From: an uncultured delta proteobacterium
Lineage (GTDB): Bacteria; Desulfobacterota; Binatia; UBA9968
Assembly (NCBI GenBank): GCA_963840855.1
Contig: CAWJBB010000046.1
Coordinates: forward strand, 32,001-96,000
Reading direction: 5' to 3'
DNA: 64,000 bases
Below, piece by piece: positions 30,166 to 40,474 of this stretch. The translations under genes were made by a program, and so were the position numbers. The notes beneath the pieces are model-generated. The model was not told the origin of the DNA. It ran no database searches and saw nothing but the letters and a program-made list of their open reading frames with translations. Every line of letters begins with the position of its first letter. Position 1 is the first letter of the stretch.

Positions 30166-31233
30166 ATGCGCTTCGGTCTTAACTTTTTCCCGTCGTTTCG
30201 TTTGCAGGACATGTCCACGGCCGAGTACTTCGCGCAGGCGCTTCGTCTCGCGGAACGGGGCGACGTATTGGGGTACGATTCGGTCAAGACCGTCGAGCAC
30301 TATTTTCATGATTATGGCGGCCATAGCCCCAACCCCATCGTTCTTCTATCAGCCATCGCGGCCAGGACGCGGCGTATCCGGCTCATCACCGGCGCGGTGA
30401 TCCCTGCCTTCAACAACCCGATCAAGCTCGCCGGCGAGTTGGCAATGCTGGATAACATCAGCAACGGCAGGCTCGACGCCGGCTTCGGGCGCGCGTTCAT
30501 TCCCAAGGAGTTCGATGTCTTCAACGTCAAGATGGACGAAAGCCGCGCGCGCTTTGAAGAGGGGATCGACGTTATTACCCGCCTCTGGACTGAAGAACGG
30601 CTCTCCTACGAAGGAAGATTTCATAGGTTTCAAGACGTTCGCCTCATGCCCCGGCCGGTGCAGCAGCCGCATCCGCCGATCTGGATCGCCGCGGTGGCGA
30701 CAAAAGAGTCTTTCATATGGGCAGGGCGACGCGGCTACCATATTATGATCGTCCCCTTCGCCAGTAATCTCGATCTCGTCCGCGATCTGGTGCAGAGTTA
30801 CCGCGACGCCTGGCGCGGCGCCGGCCATGCGCCGGGCGCCGAGCAGATTCAATCTTCGCTTCACTGTTACGTCGCTGAAACCCATCGGGAAGCCGTCGAG
30901 GGATTCAAGCGGCCGGTGGAGCGCTATGTCGAAGTCTTCAGTGAGGCGGTGCGCTCTTGGACGGGTAAAGCCTCAGGCCAATACGCCGGCTATGAGAAAC
31001 TCGTGGAGGCCATCGGCGCGCTTACCCCCGAGAAGATGATTGACAGCCACACGGCCCTCGTGGGGACACCGGAGGAGGTGATCGAGCAGGTGGAGTTCAA
31101 CCGAAACCTCATCGGCGAGCACGAACCGTCGATGCAGATCAACTTTGGTGGTATCAACGAGGGTGATGCGTTTCGGACCCTGGAGCTTTTCGCCTCCCGG
31201 GTAATGCCGCGCTATCGGAAAGAGGAAAATTAG
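30166..31233 (+). CDS. LLM-class (luciferase-like) flavin-dependent oxidoreductase
   Basis: VEHYF, LAMLDNISNGRLDAGFGR, PRPVQQPHPPIW, VGTPEEV. Confidence 0.92.
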   Translation: MRFGLNFFPSFRLQDMSTAEYFAQALRLAERGDVLGYDSVKTVEHYFHDYGGHSPNPIVLLSAIAARTRRIRLITGAVIPAFNNPIKLAGELAMLDNISNGRLDAGFGRAFIPKEFDVFNVKMDESRARFEEGIDVITRLWTEERLSYEGRFHRFQDVRLMPRPVQQPHPPIWIAAVATKESFIWAGRRGYHIMIVPFASNLDLVRDLVQSYRDAWRGAGHAPGAEQIQSSLHCYVAETHREAVEGFKRPVERYVEVFSEAVRSWTGKASGQYAGYEKLVEAIGALTPEKMIDSHTALVGTPEEVIEQVEFNRNLIGEHEPSMQINFGGINEGDAFRTLELFASRVMPRYRKEEN

Positions 31234-31333
31234 CCGCGCCCGATTGCGGCGTGAACCCCGGTCGAGTTCACCAGTCGGCCGTTCAGGGTGGTTTATAGTT
31301 ATGATTTATCCTTGACGAAAGGAAAGCGAGCCG

Positions 31334-31801
31334 ATGCTGGTCAACCGTCGAACGCTGCGCATTGAATGGGGTCAATGCGATCCCGCGGGGATCGTGTTTT
31401 ATCCGCAATACCTCATTATCTTTGATAGTAGCACCGGATGGCTGTTCGAGCGCACCGGTTTAACGCCGCTCGCCATGCGGCGAAAATATGGCATCGTTGG
31501 TATGCCAATCGTCGAAGTGAGCGCCCGGTTCGTCAAACCATGCCGTTTCGACGATGAGATCGTTGTGGAGAGCGAGATCGGCGAATGGGGGCGAAGCAGC
31601 TTCACGGTGCGTCATCGACTGTTGAGAGACGGCGAGCTTGCGCTCGAAGGCGTCGAGAAGCGTGTTTGGGCAGGTCCGCGTCCCGAGCGAGCGGGCGAGA
31701 TCCAGGCTCAGGCTATTCCGGCGGAGATCGTCGCGAGCCTGTCCGATCCGACCGGCGCGACAACTATCGCACTTGACAAGACCACTGCCTCGGCAATTTG
31801 A
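31334..31801 (+). CDS. Acyl-CoA thioesterase (4HBT hotdog fold)
   Basis: WGQCDPAGIVFYP motif. Confidence 0.9.
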   Translation: MLVNRRTLRIEWGQCDPAGIVFYPQYLIIFDSSTGWLFERTGLTPLAMRRKYGIVGMPIVEVSARFVKPCRFDDEIVVESEIGEWGRSSFTVRHRLLRDGELALEGVEKRVWAGPRPERAGEIQAQAIPAEIVASLSDPTGATTIALDKTTASAI

Positions 31802-31852
31802 GGCGCTCTTCGTATCGCTGAAGCGAAATGATTTTTCTGTTATGAGAGATAA

Positions 31853-32581
31853 ATGAAGATCGTCCAGGCGACGTTGTGGATCTATGCGGTGGCGTTACAA
31901 AAATCTTGGCAGTGCGTCGCGAAAAACTGGATCGTAAGCTTTGCGCCGTTGGCCTATGGCTTCATCATGTCGATGGCCGGTCTTCTGGCGCTGCCGTTGG
32001 GATTTCTCGGCGGCTTCCTATTGACGCTGGCGAGCCAAGCCTGCCTCAGCTCGGGGCTCCATTTAATCAAAAACATGATCGTTAGCGGAAAAGCCAATGT
32101 CGACGATTTCGTCAATGGCTTCACTGCTTATCTCTGGGATTTGCTGACGGTGGCATTCATCATATGGATTCCGATGAGGATAGCCGCCATGGCTCTCGGG
32201 TCCGTCCCAAACGGCGGGCTAATATATTTTCTAATTCAGGTAGTGCTTTATGTTTTGCTCAATCCCGTGCCGGAATTAATCTATCAAACCCGCACCTCAG
32301 GGCTGGAACTCCTGAGCGCGAGTTACAACTTCATCGTGGAAAACTGGCTCGAATGGCTGCTGCCCAATATCATCATCACCGCGGTGGGATTTCTTCTGCT
32401 GCGCCTTCTTTACGCGTTAGTCTGGGTGTTGCCGGATTTTCTGCAATGGTTCGCCATCGCCTTCGGTTTAGGTTTATTTCTCACCTATTTTATGACCTTT
32501 CGCGGTTTTTTGTTCGCCGAGCTGCATGGCACGACGCGGCGCAGCCGGGTGTATCGCCATGCGGCGCGCAGTTCTAAATAG
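31853..32581 (+). CDS. Hypothetical integral membrane protein
   Basis: Multiple hydrophobic helices; NPVPELIY motif. Confidence 0.7.
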   Translation: MKIVQATLWIYAVALQKSWQCVAKNWIVSFAPLAYGFIMSMAGLLALPLGFLGGFLLTLASQACLSSGLHLIKNMIVSGKANVDDFVNGFTAYLWDLLTVAFIIWIPMRIAAMALGSVPNGGLIYFLIQVVLYVLLNPVPELIYQTRTSGLELLSASYNFIVENWLEWLLPNIIITAVGFLLLRLLYALVWVLPDFLQWFAIAFGLGLFLTYFMTFRGFLFAELHGTTRRSRVYRHAARSSK

Positions 32582-32732
32582 CAGGCTGTTGAAACGATCT
32601 ATCGAAGTGATTGAGCAGCAAAGAGAAAGGGTGGAAGATGGCAATCTTCGATCCTCTATCACGGCCTGGCTGGTCGTCTTGACCTATATAGGTTCTTATG
32701 GTGTCTTATTTTGATAACCACGAGTCGAATCC

Positions 32733-33998
32733 ATGAAAATCACCGGCATCAAAGGCTTCTCGGATGTCTTTCCCGAGGAGGTGGAGTTCTGGCAGCTTGC
32801 CGAGGCCGAGGCGCGGCGGGTCTTAAGTGTCTATAATTTCGCCGAGATCCGCATTCCGATTCTCGAAAAGACCGAACTATTCAGCCGCTCCATCGGTGAG
32901 ACCACCGACATCGTCGAGAAGGAGATGTATACTTTCGCCGACCACGACGATAACGACGCTCTGCTCACGCTGCGGCCGGAAGGAACCGCCGGGGTCGTGC
33001 GCGCCTACGTCGAATCGGAAATGTATAAATTTGAACCGGTGCGCAAGCTTTACTACATGGGCCCGATGTTTCGGCGCGAGCGCCCGCAGAAGGGGAGACT
33101 GCGCCAGTTTCACCAGATCGGCGCCGAGGCCTTGGGGCGAGGCGACCCGTTCATCGACGCCGAAATCCTGCTGTTGCTCCATGATTATCTCGAGGCTCTG
33201 CAGTTGACTGAGCCCTCGCTCCAACTCAATTCCCTCGGCTGCGCCGACTGCCGCCCCGCGTACCGCGCGCGCTTGTTGGAATTTCTCCGGCAACGGGCGG
33301 CAAGTCTCTGCGCCAATTGCCAGCGACGCATCGAGCGCAATCCGCTGCGCGCGCTGGATTGCAAGGAGGCGGGCTGCATCGCCGCGACGGCGGACGCGCC
33401 GTCGATCATCGATGGACTATGTGCGGCCTGCCGTGAGCATTTCGACGTGGTGCAGCGCCTGCTGCGCGAAACCGGCGTGGCTTACAGCCTCAATCCGCGC
33501 ATGGTGCGGGGCCTCGACTACTATTGCCGCACGACTTTCGAGTGGACGAGCACCCAGCTGGGATCGCAGAGCGCGGTGGCCGCCGGCGGGCGCTACGACG
33601 GTTTGGTCGAGGCGTTAGGCGGACCGGCGATTCCCGGCGTTGGTTTTGCGTTGGGCGTTGAGCGGCTAGTGCTTTTGCTGCGCGCGTCGGAGCCGCGTGA
33701 AGCCACCGGCCCCGGGCTGTTTATCGCTTGGGTCGGCGCCAATGGGCGCGAGTGGGCTTTCCCGTTGGCGCATCGGTTGCGCCAAAGGGGGTTGAGCGTG
33801 GAGTTGGAAGGCGAAGCGCGCAGCTTGAAAAGTCAAATGCGCCGCGCCGACAAACTCAAAGCGCGTTCCGTGTTGATCGTGGGTGACGACGAATTGCAAA
33901 AAGGAAAAGTTATCCTGCGCGACATGGCGAGCAAGCAGCAGGAGGAAATCAGTTTGGCGAACGTCGAGACAGCATTCTTAGCGAAGAAGGTGGGCTGA
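32733..33998 (+). CDS. hisS: Histidine--tRNA ligase
   Basis: [35 protein letters not shown]. Confidence 0.98.
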   Translation: MKITGIKGFSDVFPEEVEFWQLAEAEARRVLSVYNFAEIRIPILEKTELFSRSIGETTDIVEKEMYTFADHDDNDALLTLRPEGTAGVVRAYVESEMYKFEPVRKLYYMGPMFRRERPQKGRLRQFHQIGAEALGRGDPFIDAEILLLLHDYLEALQLTEPSLQLNSLGCADCRPAYRARLLEFLRQRAASLCANCQRRIERNPLRALDCKEAGCIAATADAPSIIDGLCAACREHFDVVQRLLRETGVAYSLNPRMVRGLDYYCRTTFEWTSTQLGSQSAVAAGGRYDGLVEALGGPAIPGVGFALGVERLVLLLRASEPREATGPGLFIAWVGANGREWAFPLAHRLRQRGLSVELEGEARSLKSQMRRADKLKARSVLIVGDDELQKGKVILRDMASKQQEEISLANVETAFLAKKVG

Positions 33999-35812
33999 TG
34001 GCGACGGAGAGGATCTTTAGCGATCCGTTGGGCGATTGGAAGCGCAGCTTCTACTGCGGCGAACCGCGCGCCGCCGGCGTGGGGAGCGAGCTGGTTCTCG
34101 CCGGCTGGGTTCACTCGCGGCGCGACCATGGGGGGGTTATATTCGTCGACCTGAGAGACCGAACCGGCCTCTGCCAGGTGGTATTCAACCCGGAAGTAGA
34201 CGCGAGCTCCCACGAAAAGGCCAAACAGATCCGCTCCGAAGACGTGATCGCGGTGCGCGGGACGCTTGCGCATCGGACCGTGGAAACGGTGAACCCGAAT
34301 CTCGCCACCGGCGACGTGGAACTAATCGCCGGCGAGCTAAGGCTCCTCAACGCCTCGCAGGTGCCTCCCTTTACCATCGACAATGAGACCGAAGCCAACG
34401 AAAATACCCGGCTCAAGTATCGCTACCTCGATCTTCGCCGTCCTCGCAGCTTGAATCATCTCTTGTTGCGCTATCGCATGACCAAGTTGATCCGCGATTA
34501 TCTCGACGGCAAAGGCTTCATCGATGTGGAGACCCCGGTGTTGACCAAGAGCACGCCGGAAGGGGCGCGCGACTATCTTGTGCCTAGCCGTATTTATCAA
34601 GGGAAGTTTTACGCCCTGCCGCAGTCGCCGCAGTTATTCAAGCAGGTTCTCATGGTCGGCGGCCTGGATCGCTATTTCCAGATCGTCAAGTGTTTCCGCG
34701 ACGAAGATTTACGCGCCGACCGCCAGCCCGAGTTTACCCAGCTGGATATGGAGATGTCCTTCGTGCAACCGGAGGACGTGATGGAAGTCGTTGAAGGGAT
34801 GATTTCGTTGCTCTTCAAAGAGCTGAAGGGCATCGAGTTGAAGCAGCCTTTCCCGCGCATGACCTGGCAAGAGGCAATGGGACGCTTCGGCTCGGACAAG
34901 CCGGACATCCGCTTCGGTCTCGAATTAGTGGATTTTACGAACGCCTTGCGCAATTGCAAGGCGAAGGTTTTCGCGGCGGCCATCGAAAAGGGCGGCGGCG
35001 TCAAAGGCATCCGCATACCCGGCGGCGGAGATCTGTCGCGCAAGGATTTGGATGACATGACGCCGTACGTTGCTACTTTCGGCGCCAAGGGAATCGCCTG
35101 GACCAGGCTCACCGCCGAGGGTTGGCAGTCGCCCATGGCCAAGTTCCTGTCGGAATCCGAACAGAAGGAAATAGAAACAATCGCCGGCGCCACGGTAGGC
35201 GACGTCATACTTTTTTCCGCCGACACCTTCAAGATCGTCAACGACGCCCTCGGCAACCTGCGCTTGCATCTGGGCGAGAAGCTCGGCCTGATTCCGGAAA
35301 ACGAATTTGCGCTGGTCTGGGTGGTCGACTTTCCGCTAATGGAATTCGATGCGCAAGAGAAGCGTTACGTCGCGCTGCACCACCCATTTACCGCGCCGCT
35401 TGACGAAGATTTGTCATTGCTCGATAGCGATGCCGCCAAAACCCGCTCCAAAGCCTACGACCTCGCGCTCAACGGCACGGAGATCGGCGGCGGCAGCGTC
35501 CGTATTCACCAGGCGGAGCTGCAGAAAAAAATTCTCGGCCTGATGGGTATCGGCGCGGAGGAGGCGGAAGCCAAGTTCGGCTTCTTCCTCGAAGCCTTGA
35601 GTTTCGGCGCACCGCCCCACGGCGGCATCGCTTTCGGCATCGACCGTTTAGCTATGCTTTTGAGCGGCGCCAAGTCGTTGCGCGATGTCATCGCGTTTCC
35701 AAAAAGCCAGCGCGCCGTGTGCATGCTTACCGACGCGCCGTCTTCGGTGGATGTGAAGCAGCTGCGCGAGCTTGGCATCCGAGCCATCGCGGCGGACCCG
35801 CAAGCAAAATAA
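33998..35812 (+). CDS. aspS: Aspartate--tRNA ligase (probably non-discriminating Asp/Asn)
   Basis: [40 protein letters not shown]; overlaps the hisS stop. Confidence 0.98.
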   Translation: MATERIFSDPLGDWKRSFYCGEPRAAGVGSELVLAGWVHSRRDHGGVIFVDLRDRTGLCQVVFNPEVDASSHEKAKQIRSEDVIAVRGTLAHRTVETVNPNLATGDVELIAGELRLLNASQVPPFTIDNETEANENTRLKYRYLDLRRPRSLNHLLLRYRMTKLIRDYLDGKGFIDVETPVLTKSTPEGARDYLVPSRIYQGKFYALPQSPQLFKQVLMVGGLDRYFQIVKCFRDEDLRADRQPEFTQLDMEMSFVQPEDVMEVVEGMISLLFKELKGIELKQPFPRMTWQEAMGRFGSDKPDIRFGLELVDFTNALRNCKAKVFAAAIEKGGGVKGIRIPGGGDLSRKDLDDMTPYVATFGAKGIAWTRLTAEGWQSPMAKFLSESEQKEIETIAGATVGDVILFSADTFKIVNDALGNLRLHLGEKLGLIPENEFALVWVVDFPLMEFDAQEKRYVALHHPFTAPLDEDLSLLDSDAAKTRSKAYDLALNGTEIGGGSVRIHQAELQKKILGLMGIGAEEAEAKFGFFLEALSFGAPPHGGIAFGIDRLAMLLSGAKSLRDVIAFPKSQRAVCMLTDAPSSVDVKQLRELGIRAIAADPQAK

Positions 35813-35911
35813 GATCGACAGAGATTGAACCGCAAAGCAAAATTTGGAAATTGAAATGTGAATTTTTCTAACTTAGTTCCTTCGTGGCGGGAAACTGTCT
35901 CATCGTAGAAT

Positions 35912-36580
35912 ATGAAACTAATGATGTCGGCTCTAGCCCTTTTTCCGTTCGTGGCCGCCTGCGGTCTTTCGTCGGGAAACATTCAAAGCAAACAAACCAC
36001 CGACCTGGAGGCGCGCCATATCAGGCGCATCGCCGTGGTTGCGCCAGTAGCGCCGCCAGCCGCGGCGCAGGCCAAGAACCCATTGCTCGGTGAACCGGCT
36101 GAGAAAAAAACTGAGCGCCAGGATCCGGGAGAAGTGCTTATGCGGCTGGTTCACTCGGCGATGGCTGCCACGCCGACATGGCAGATCGTATCGGACAGCG
36201 AGGTAAGGGAAGTCAGCGAAAGCGTCGCGCCGAGCAACGACATGGCTCGTCTTAGAAAGATCGGAGAACTGGTTTATGCCGATGCCGTGCTCACTGGACG
36301 GGTGCTGCGTTACCGTGAAAGGGTGGGAAGCGAGCTCGGTGTCAAAAGCCCGGCATCGGTGGCATTCACTCTCGATTTGATAGACGTGCAGCGCGGCGAC
36401 GTTATCTGGTCCGCGCGATTTGACGAAACTCAGAAAGGGTTGACCGAAAACATCTTGTCGCTGGGCGACATCCGCGAGCGCGGGATTAGATGGTTGACGG
36501 CCGAACAGCTGGCGCAAGATGGCGTAAGAAAAATGGTCAACCAACTGCACCAGGTCATCGGCCGCAGTTCCGCGTCGTAG
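35912..36580 (+). CDS. Putative lipoprotein
   Basis: Lipobox VAAC; DAVLTGRV..YRER, PASVAF motif. Confidence 0.75.
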   Translation: MKLMMSALALFPFVAACGLSSGNIQSKQTTDLEARHIRRIAVVAPVAPPAAAQAKNPLLGEPAEKKTERQDPGEVLMRLVHSAMAATPTWQIVSDSEVREVSESVAPSNDMARLRKIGELVYADAVLTGRVLRYRERVGSELGVKSPASVAFTLDLIDVQRGDVIWSARFDETQKGLTENILSLGDIRERGIRWLTAEQLAQDGVRKMVNQLHQVIGRSSAS

Positions 36581-36596
36581 TGAACCGATTGGGAGG

Positions 36597-36672
36597 CGTT
36601 CAAATCGTTCAAGCCGTGGAAACAATCCGGCCAACGATTTGAACGGCTTGAACGATTTGAACTTTTTGAACG
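36597..36672. repeat. 9-bp-unit (TTCAARYCG-like) inverted repeat between convergent genes
   Basis: TTCAAATCG TTCAAGCCG ... CGATTTGAA CGGCTTGAA CGATTTGAA CTTTTTGAA. Confidence 0.8.
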
Positions 36673-36689
36673 TTGTAACTGGCGTGCCT

Positions 36690-37280
36690 TCACCGCAGCG
36701 CAGCGGCGTTTTCCAGCGACAGGCCGAGCCGTGGTGCAATTTTCTCACCCAACTCCTTAAGTCTCCGCGCGCTGCCGCGGTCGACCAGCACCGAAGCGCC
36801 TCCTTTCAGGCATAACCGCAACGAAGGCACGGGAAAACTTTGTGCCGCCGAGGAGCCCGCCACGGCGAAGCCGCTGTAAACTTGGTCCGATCCCAGCTTG
36901 ACGTTCTCGATGTCGTCGTAGGACAACGTCAGCGAAATGGTTTTGTGAAATTTTCGCTTTGTGAGCGTCACGACATGCGCCGCACTATCGATCACGATCC
37001 TGCGCCGCTGAGCGAGCAGATAGAATGCGACGCAAATCAGCACGAGGTTCATCAATGGAAAATACCAGAGCGATGCGACGCGGCTGGCGAAGCCGTTCAG
37101 GTAAATCGCCTGCACGATGGGAATTGAAACAAATAGCAGCATCAAGGCGATTCCCAGGCAGAGAAACGCCGGGAAGCGCGGCCCCTGCCACAGAAGGCAA
37201 AGCCTCTCGGCGGAATCCTCCACGACACGAAAACCAATGCGGTTGCCGATGGCTTCGAATTCAGCGGGGTTGCCATCCAT
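36690..37280 (-). CDS. Hypothetical membrane protein
   Basis: Two transmembrane segments followed by a soluble domain; downstream of cofH. Confidence 0.65.
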   Translation of the reverse strand: MDGNPAEFEAIGNRIGFRVVEDSAERLCLLWQGPRFPAFLCLGIALMLLFVSIPIVQAIYLNGFASRVASLWYFPLMNLVLICVAFYLLAQRRRIVIDSAAHVVTLTKRKFHKTISLTLSYDDIENVKLGSDQVYSGFAVAGSSAAQSFPVPSLRLCLKGGASVLVDRGSARRLKELGEKIAPRLGLSLENAAALR

Positions 37281-37306
37281 CGTTTGGCAGGGAGCTTGCC
37301 GTGATG

Positions 37307-38602
37307 TTACGAATTGCGGGCCTTTTGCTCACGATAAAAGTCTCTGAATCGGTAGTCTTTACGTTGAACCAGATTCCGGTAGGATCCGAAGCGTTCGCCT
37401 GCGTTATCCACTTCGTCCAAGAGATCGATGGCGCGATCGTCGGTTTCGAAGACTTTGACCTTCTGGTAAGTTGTTGAACGCTCGGCGGGGATGCGGCCCA
37501 TTTCACGGATCAAATTTCGGAACTGCGACGGTTTCATGAGCTGGCCGTAGCCGGCGCCGGCGGCGGTGGAAATGCTTTCATTGATCAGCGTACCGCCGAA
37601 ATCATTGGCCCCTGCCATGAGCGCGATCTGCGAGAGTTTCGGCCCTTCTTTGACCCAGGAAACTTGCAGGTTGGGAATCCAGTTGTTCAGCATCAGGCGC
37701 GACACCGCGTACATTTTCATCACTTCCGCGCCGCTGGCGCCAGTGCGCAGGCCGGCGATTTTTCCACGGTGATACATCGGCGCCTCTTCGTAGACGAAGC
37801 TCAGCGGCACGAATTCCGTGATGCCGCCGGTGCGTTTTTGAATGTCGCGCAATATACTTAGATGAGTCGCCTTATGGCGCGCCGTCTCAATATGGCCGTA
37901 CATGATCGTCGAAGTTGTCTGGATGCCGACATCGTGGGCCGTCTGGATGAGGTCGATCCACTGGCCGCTTGAAATGCGCCCGGGAGAAATCTGTTGGCGG
38001 ACTTCATCGACGAGAACTTCCGCGGAGGTGCCGGGCAGACTGCCAACGCCGGCATCTTTGAGAGCCGAGAGATAGTCGCGCACGGAAGCGCCGGTGAGCG
38101 TCGATCCATACAGAACTTCCTCGGGTGAAAAGCCATGGATATGCAGAGCGGGCGCGGCGTCCTTCAGCGCGCGGCAAAGATTCACGTAGTGCCAGCCATC
38201 CAAGCCGGGCGCCAGGCCGGCCTGCACGCATACTTCGGTGGCGCCAAGCTCCTGCGCCTCTTTGGCCCGCCGGATGATTTCATCGAAGGGCAGAAAGTAG
38301 CCTTCCTCCGCCAAGTGGCCGCGGCTGAAAGCGCAAAAGCCGCAGGCCTTGACGCAGACGTTGGTGAAATTGATATTGCGATTGATGACATAGGTGACGA
38401 CATCGCCCACGGTCTGGGCGCGCAGATGATCCGCCGCCGCGATCATGGCGAGAAGGTCGGAACCTTCGGCTTCGAAGAGCTCGGTGGCGTCGTCACTGCT
38501 GATATCCTGCCCCGATAAGGCGCGGTCCAAAATCTTTGCCGTGCCTTGGGAAACGGTGGAAAGCAACCGGTCGAGGGACGATGCAAGATGCGGCAAATTC
38601 AT
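37307..38602 (-). CDS. cofH: FO synthase subunit CofH (radical SAM)
   Basis: NRNINFTNVC..ACGFC, PGTSAE, TSTIMYGH, QVSWVKEG, GANDFGGTLINESI. Confidence 0.85.
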   Translation of the reverse strand: MNLPHLASSLDRLLSTVSQGTAKILDRALSGQDISSDDATELFEAEGSDLLAMIAAADHLRAQTVGDVVTYVINRNINFTNVCVKACGFCAFSRGHLAEEGYFLPFDEIIRRAKEAQELGATEVCVQAGLAPGLDGWHYVNLCRALKDAAPALHIHGFSPEEVLYGSTLTGASVRDYLSALKDAGVGSLPGTSAEVLVDEVRQQISPGRISSGQWIDLIQTAHDVGIQTTSTIMYGHIETARHKATHLSILRDIQKRTGGITEFVPLSFVYEEAPMYHRGKIAGLRTGASGAEVMKMYAVSRLMLNNWIPNLQVSWVKEGPKLSQIALMAGANDFGGTLINESISTAAGAGYGQLMKPSQFRNLIREMGRIPAERSTTYQKVKVFETDDRAIDLLDEVDNAGERFGSYRNLVQRKDYRFRDFYREQKARNS

Positions 38603-38738
38603 GGCCGGACTCTATCGTTTCATGTCGTCAAACTCAACAATGCGACTAGAAACAAGAAATCGCGCGAGGCGATTATGGTTGGGGATTTGCTGCAAACGCG
38701 AGACCCGAGACTCTAGACCCGGAACGCGTGAGCGCCTG

Positions 38739-39269
38739 CTAGCGCACCCAATAGCGGACGTATTCGGTGAGAAAACTGAGAGTCGAGAAATCGCCCATGC
38801 GGTCAAGGTAAACCTTGCCGTTGAGATGATCGAACTCATGCTGGATCACCCGCGCGTGAAAATCATTGGCCACGAAGTCAATTGACTTGCCGCTGCGGTC
38901 CCACGCTTCGACGCGGATGCTTTTGTAGCGCGGCACCCGGCCGCGTAGGTCGGGAACGCTCAAGCAGCCTTCCCAATCTTCTTCCATCTCTTCGGTAAGC
39001 GGCGTGATTTTAGGATTCACGAGCACGGTCAAGGGCACATCGGGCTTGTTCGGGTAGCGCGGATTGCCCGCCACTTCGAGAACCGCGATCTGCATCGATT
39101 CATGAACCTGGTCGGCGGCCAACCCGACACCGTCGTATTCCTTCATCGTTACGATCATGTCGTCGATGAACTGCTGCACGCTTTGGGACTGCAACTCCCG
39201 CGACGTCACCGCTTCCGTAACCTGGCGCAACACCGGATGTCCAAGCCGAGCCACTTTGAGGATCGACAT
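38739..39269 (-). CDS. def: Peptide deformylase
   Basis: GVGLAA, EGCLS, QHEFDHL; real start MSILKVARLGHP. Confidence 0.97.
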   Translation of the reverse strand: MSILKVARLGHPVLRQVTEAVTSRELQSQSVQQFIDDMIVTMKEYDGVGLAADQVHESMQIAVLEVAGNPRYPNKPDVPLTVLVNPKITPLTEEMEEDWEGCLSVPDLRGRVPRYKSIRVEAWDRSGKSIDFVANDFHARVIQHEFDHLNGKVYLDRMGDFSTLSFLTEYVRYWVR

Positions 39270-39582
39270 GTTCACATTTTTACCATAGCGGTGATTTCCG
39301 CGAAAGGGAGCACGCGGGAGAACGGGTTCAAATCGTTCCAGTCGTTCAAACCGTTCAAGACGTTTAGCCCCCAATGACATTTCAAGTCCAACAAGTCTTG
39401 AAACTTTAATTGTGGTATTATCATAGGTCTTGATTGACAAGTCGTTGCACGAGCCAGTAGTTTTGGCGTTAGATTGCCGTAATTTATTGGCCGATATACG
39501 CAACATCATTAATTCAAGATACCGGCCCACACCCATGCCCATTCGAGGGTCGGCGCGGCCGATGTGATCGCGATCTAAGCTT

Positions 39583-40374
39583 ATGACGGCTACTACGCAT
39601 AGCGGCATGCTTCGATACTTGAAGCGACGGTCCAGAAGGATCGCCCGGTTCCAATGGAATAGAGCTATGGTCTGGTTCTCGATTTTTGCCGTCGGCGGCT
39701 TCTTCTTGCTCAACGGGATCTATCAGGTTATTCGGAAGCCCGGCGAGCTCTTCGCCCCCGTTAGCGCTTCGTTCTCAAAGAGCCCCGAGTTTACATGGCA
39801 GAGTTATAGATTACTCTTTGAGGAGCATTCCACGAGCATTATTTCAGCTGAGTTTCTTGCCGCCCTCGCCCAAGTGGAAAGTGATGGAAACCCAATCGCC
39901 CGTACCTACTGGCGCTGGCAGTGGTCTTGGAACCCTTTCGAAATTTATCGCCCGGCCTCCAGCGCGCTCGGCATGTTCCAATTCACCGACGGAACCTTCG
40001 CTGAGGCTCGAAAATACTGCATCCGGGATCATAAGGTCGCCGCCGATGGGCCGTGGTATGACGTTCATTCCTGCTGGTTCAATAACTTCTACACCCGAAC
40101 CATACCGAGCCACGCAACCGAAATGACCGCCGCGTACCTGCACCAGAGCGTGGTCGAGCTGCTGGATGCTCGCCCCGTCGCAAGGATCAGCGTGGACCAA
40201 AAGCAAAAACTGGCTGCCGTGATTCATCTTTGCGGAGCGAAGAGGGGAGAGACATTTGTCAGACGCGGCTTTCGGTTAACCCCGGGCGAGCGCTGCGGGA
40301 CTCACAGCCTGCATGGTTATCTCATTAAGATTGACCTGATGAAAAAACGCTTTGGACGATTGCGAGTGGCTTAG
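39583..40374 (+). CDS. Lytic transglycosylase SLT-domain protein
   Basis: N-terminal TM; ALAQVES, SALGMFQF motifs. Confidence 0.75.
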   Translation: MTATTHSGMLRYLKRRSRRIARFQWNRAMVWFSIFAVGGFFLLNGIYQVIRKPGELFAPVSASFSKSPEFTWQSYRLLFEEHSTSIISAEFLAALAQVESDGNPIARTYWRWQWSWNPFEIYRPASSALGMFQFTDGTFAEARKYCIRDHKVAADGPWYDVHSCWFNNFYTRTIPSHATEMTAAYLHQSVVELLDARPVARISVDQKQKLAAVIHLCGAKRGETFVRRGFRLTPGERCGTHSLHGYLIKIDLMKKRFGRLRVA

Positions 40375-40474
40375 CGTTCACTTTGGATCATGATAGTAGT
40401 TCATCCGGAAACGCCGATACGGTGGCTGCCCCGCCTTTACTACAATAACGTTTTATCAATATACTTGCCCTATC

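Noticed and set aside
36597-36672. CRISPR array
   Set aside because: Units are 9 bp with no unique spacers, and no cas genes are in the window.
39270-39713. Long N-terminal extension of peptide deformylase
   Set aside because: It runs through the 9-mer repeat (LERFERLERFE) and the divergent gene; the canonical start is 39269.
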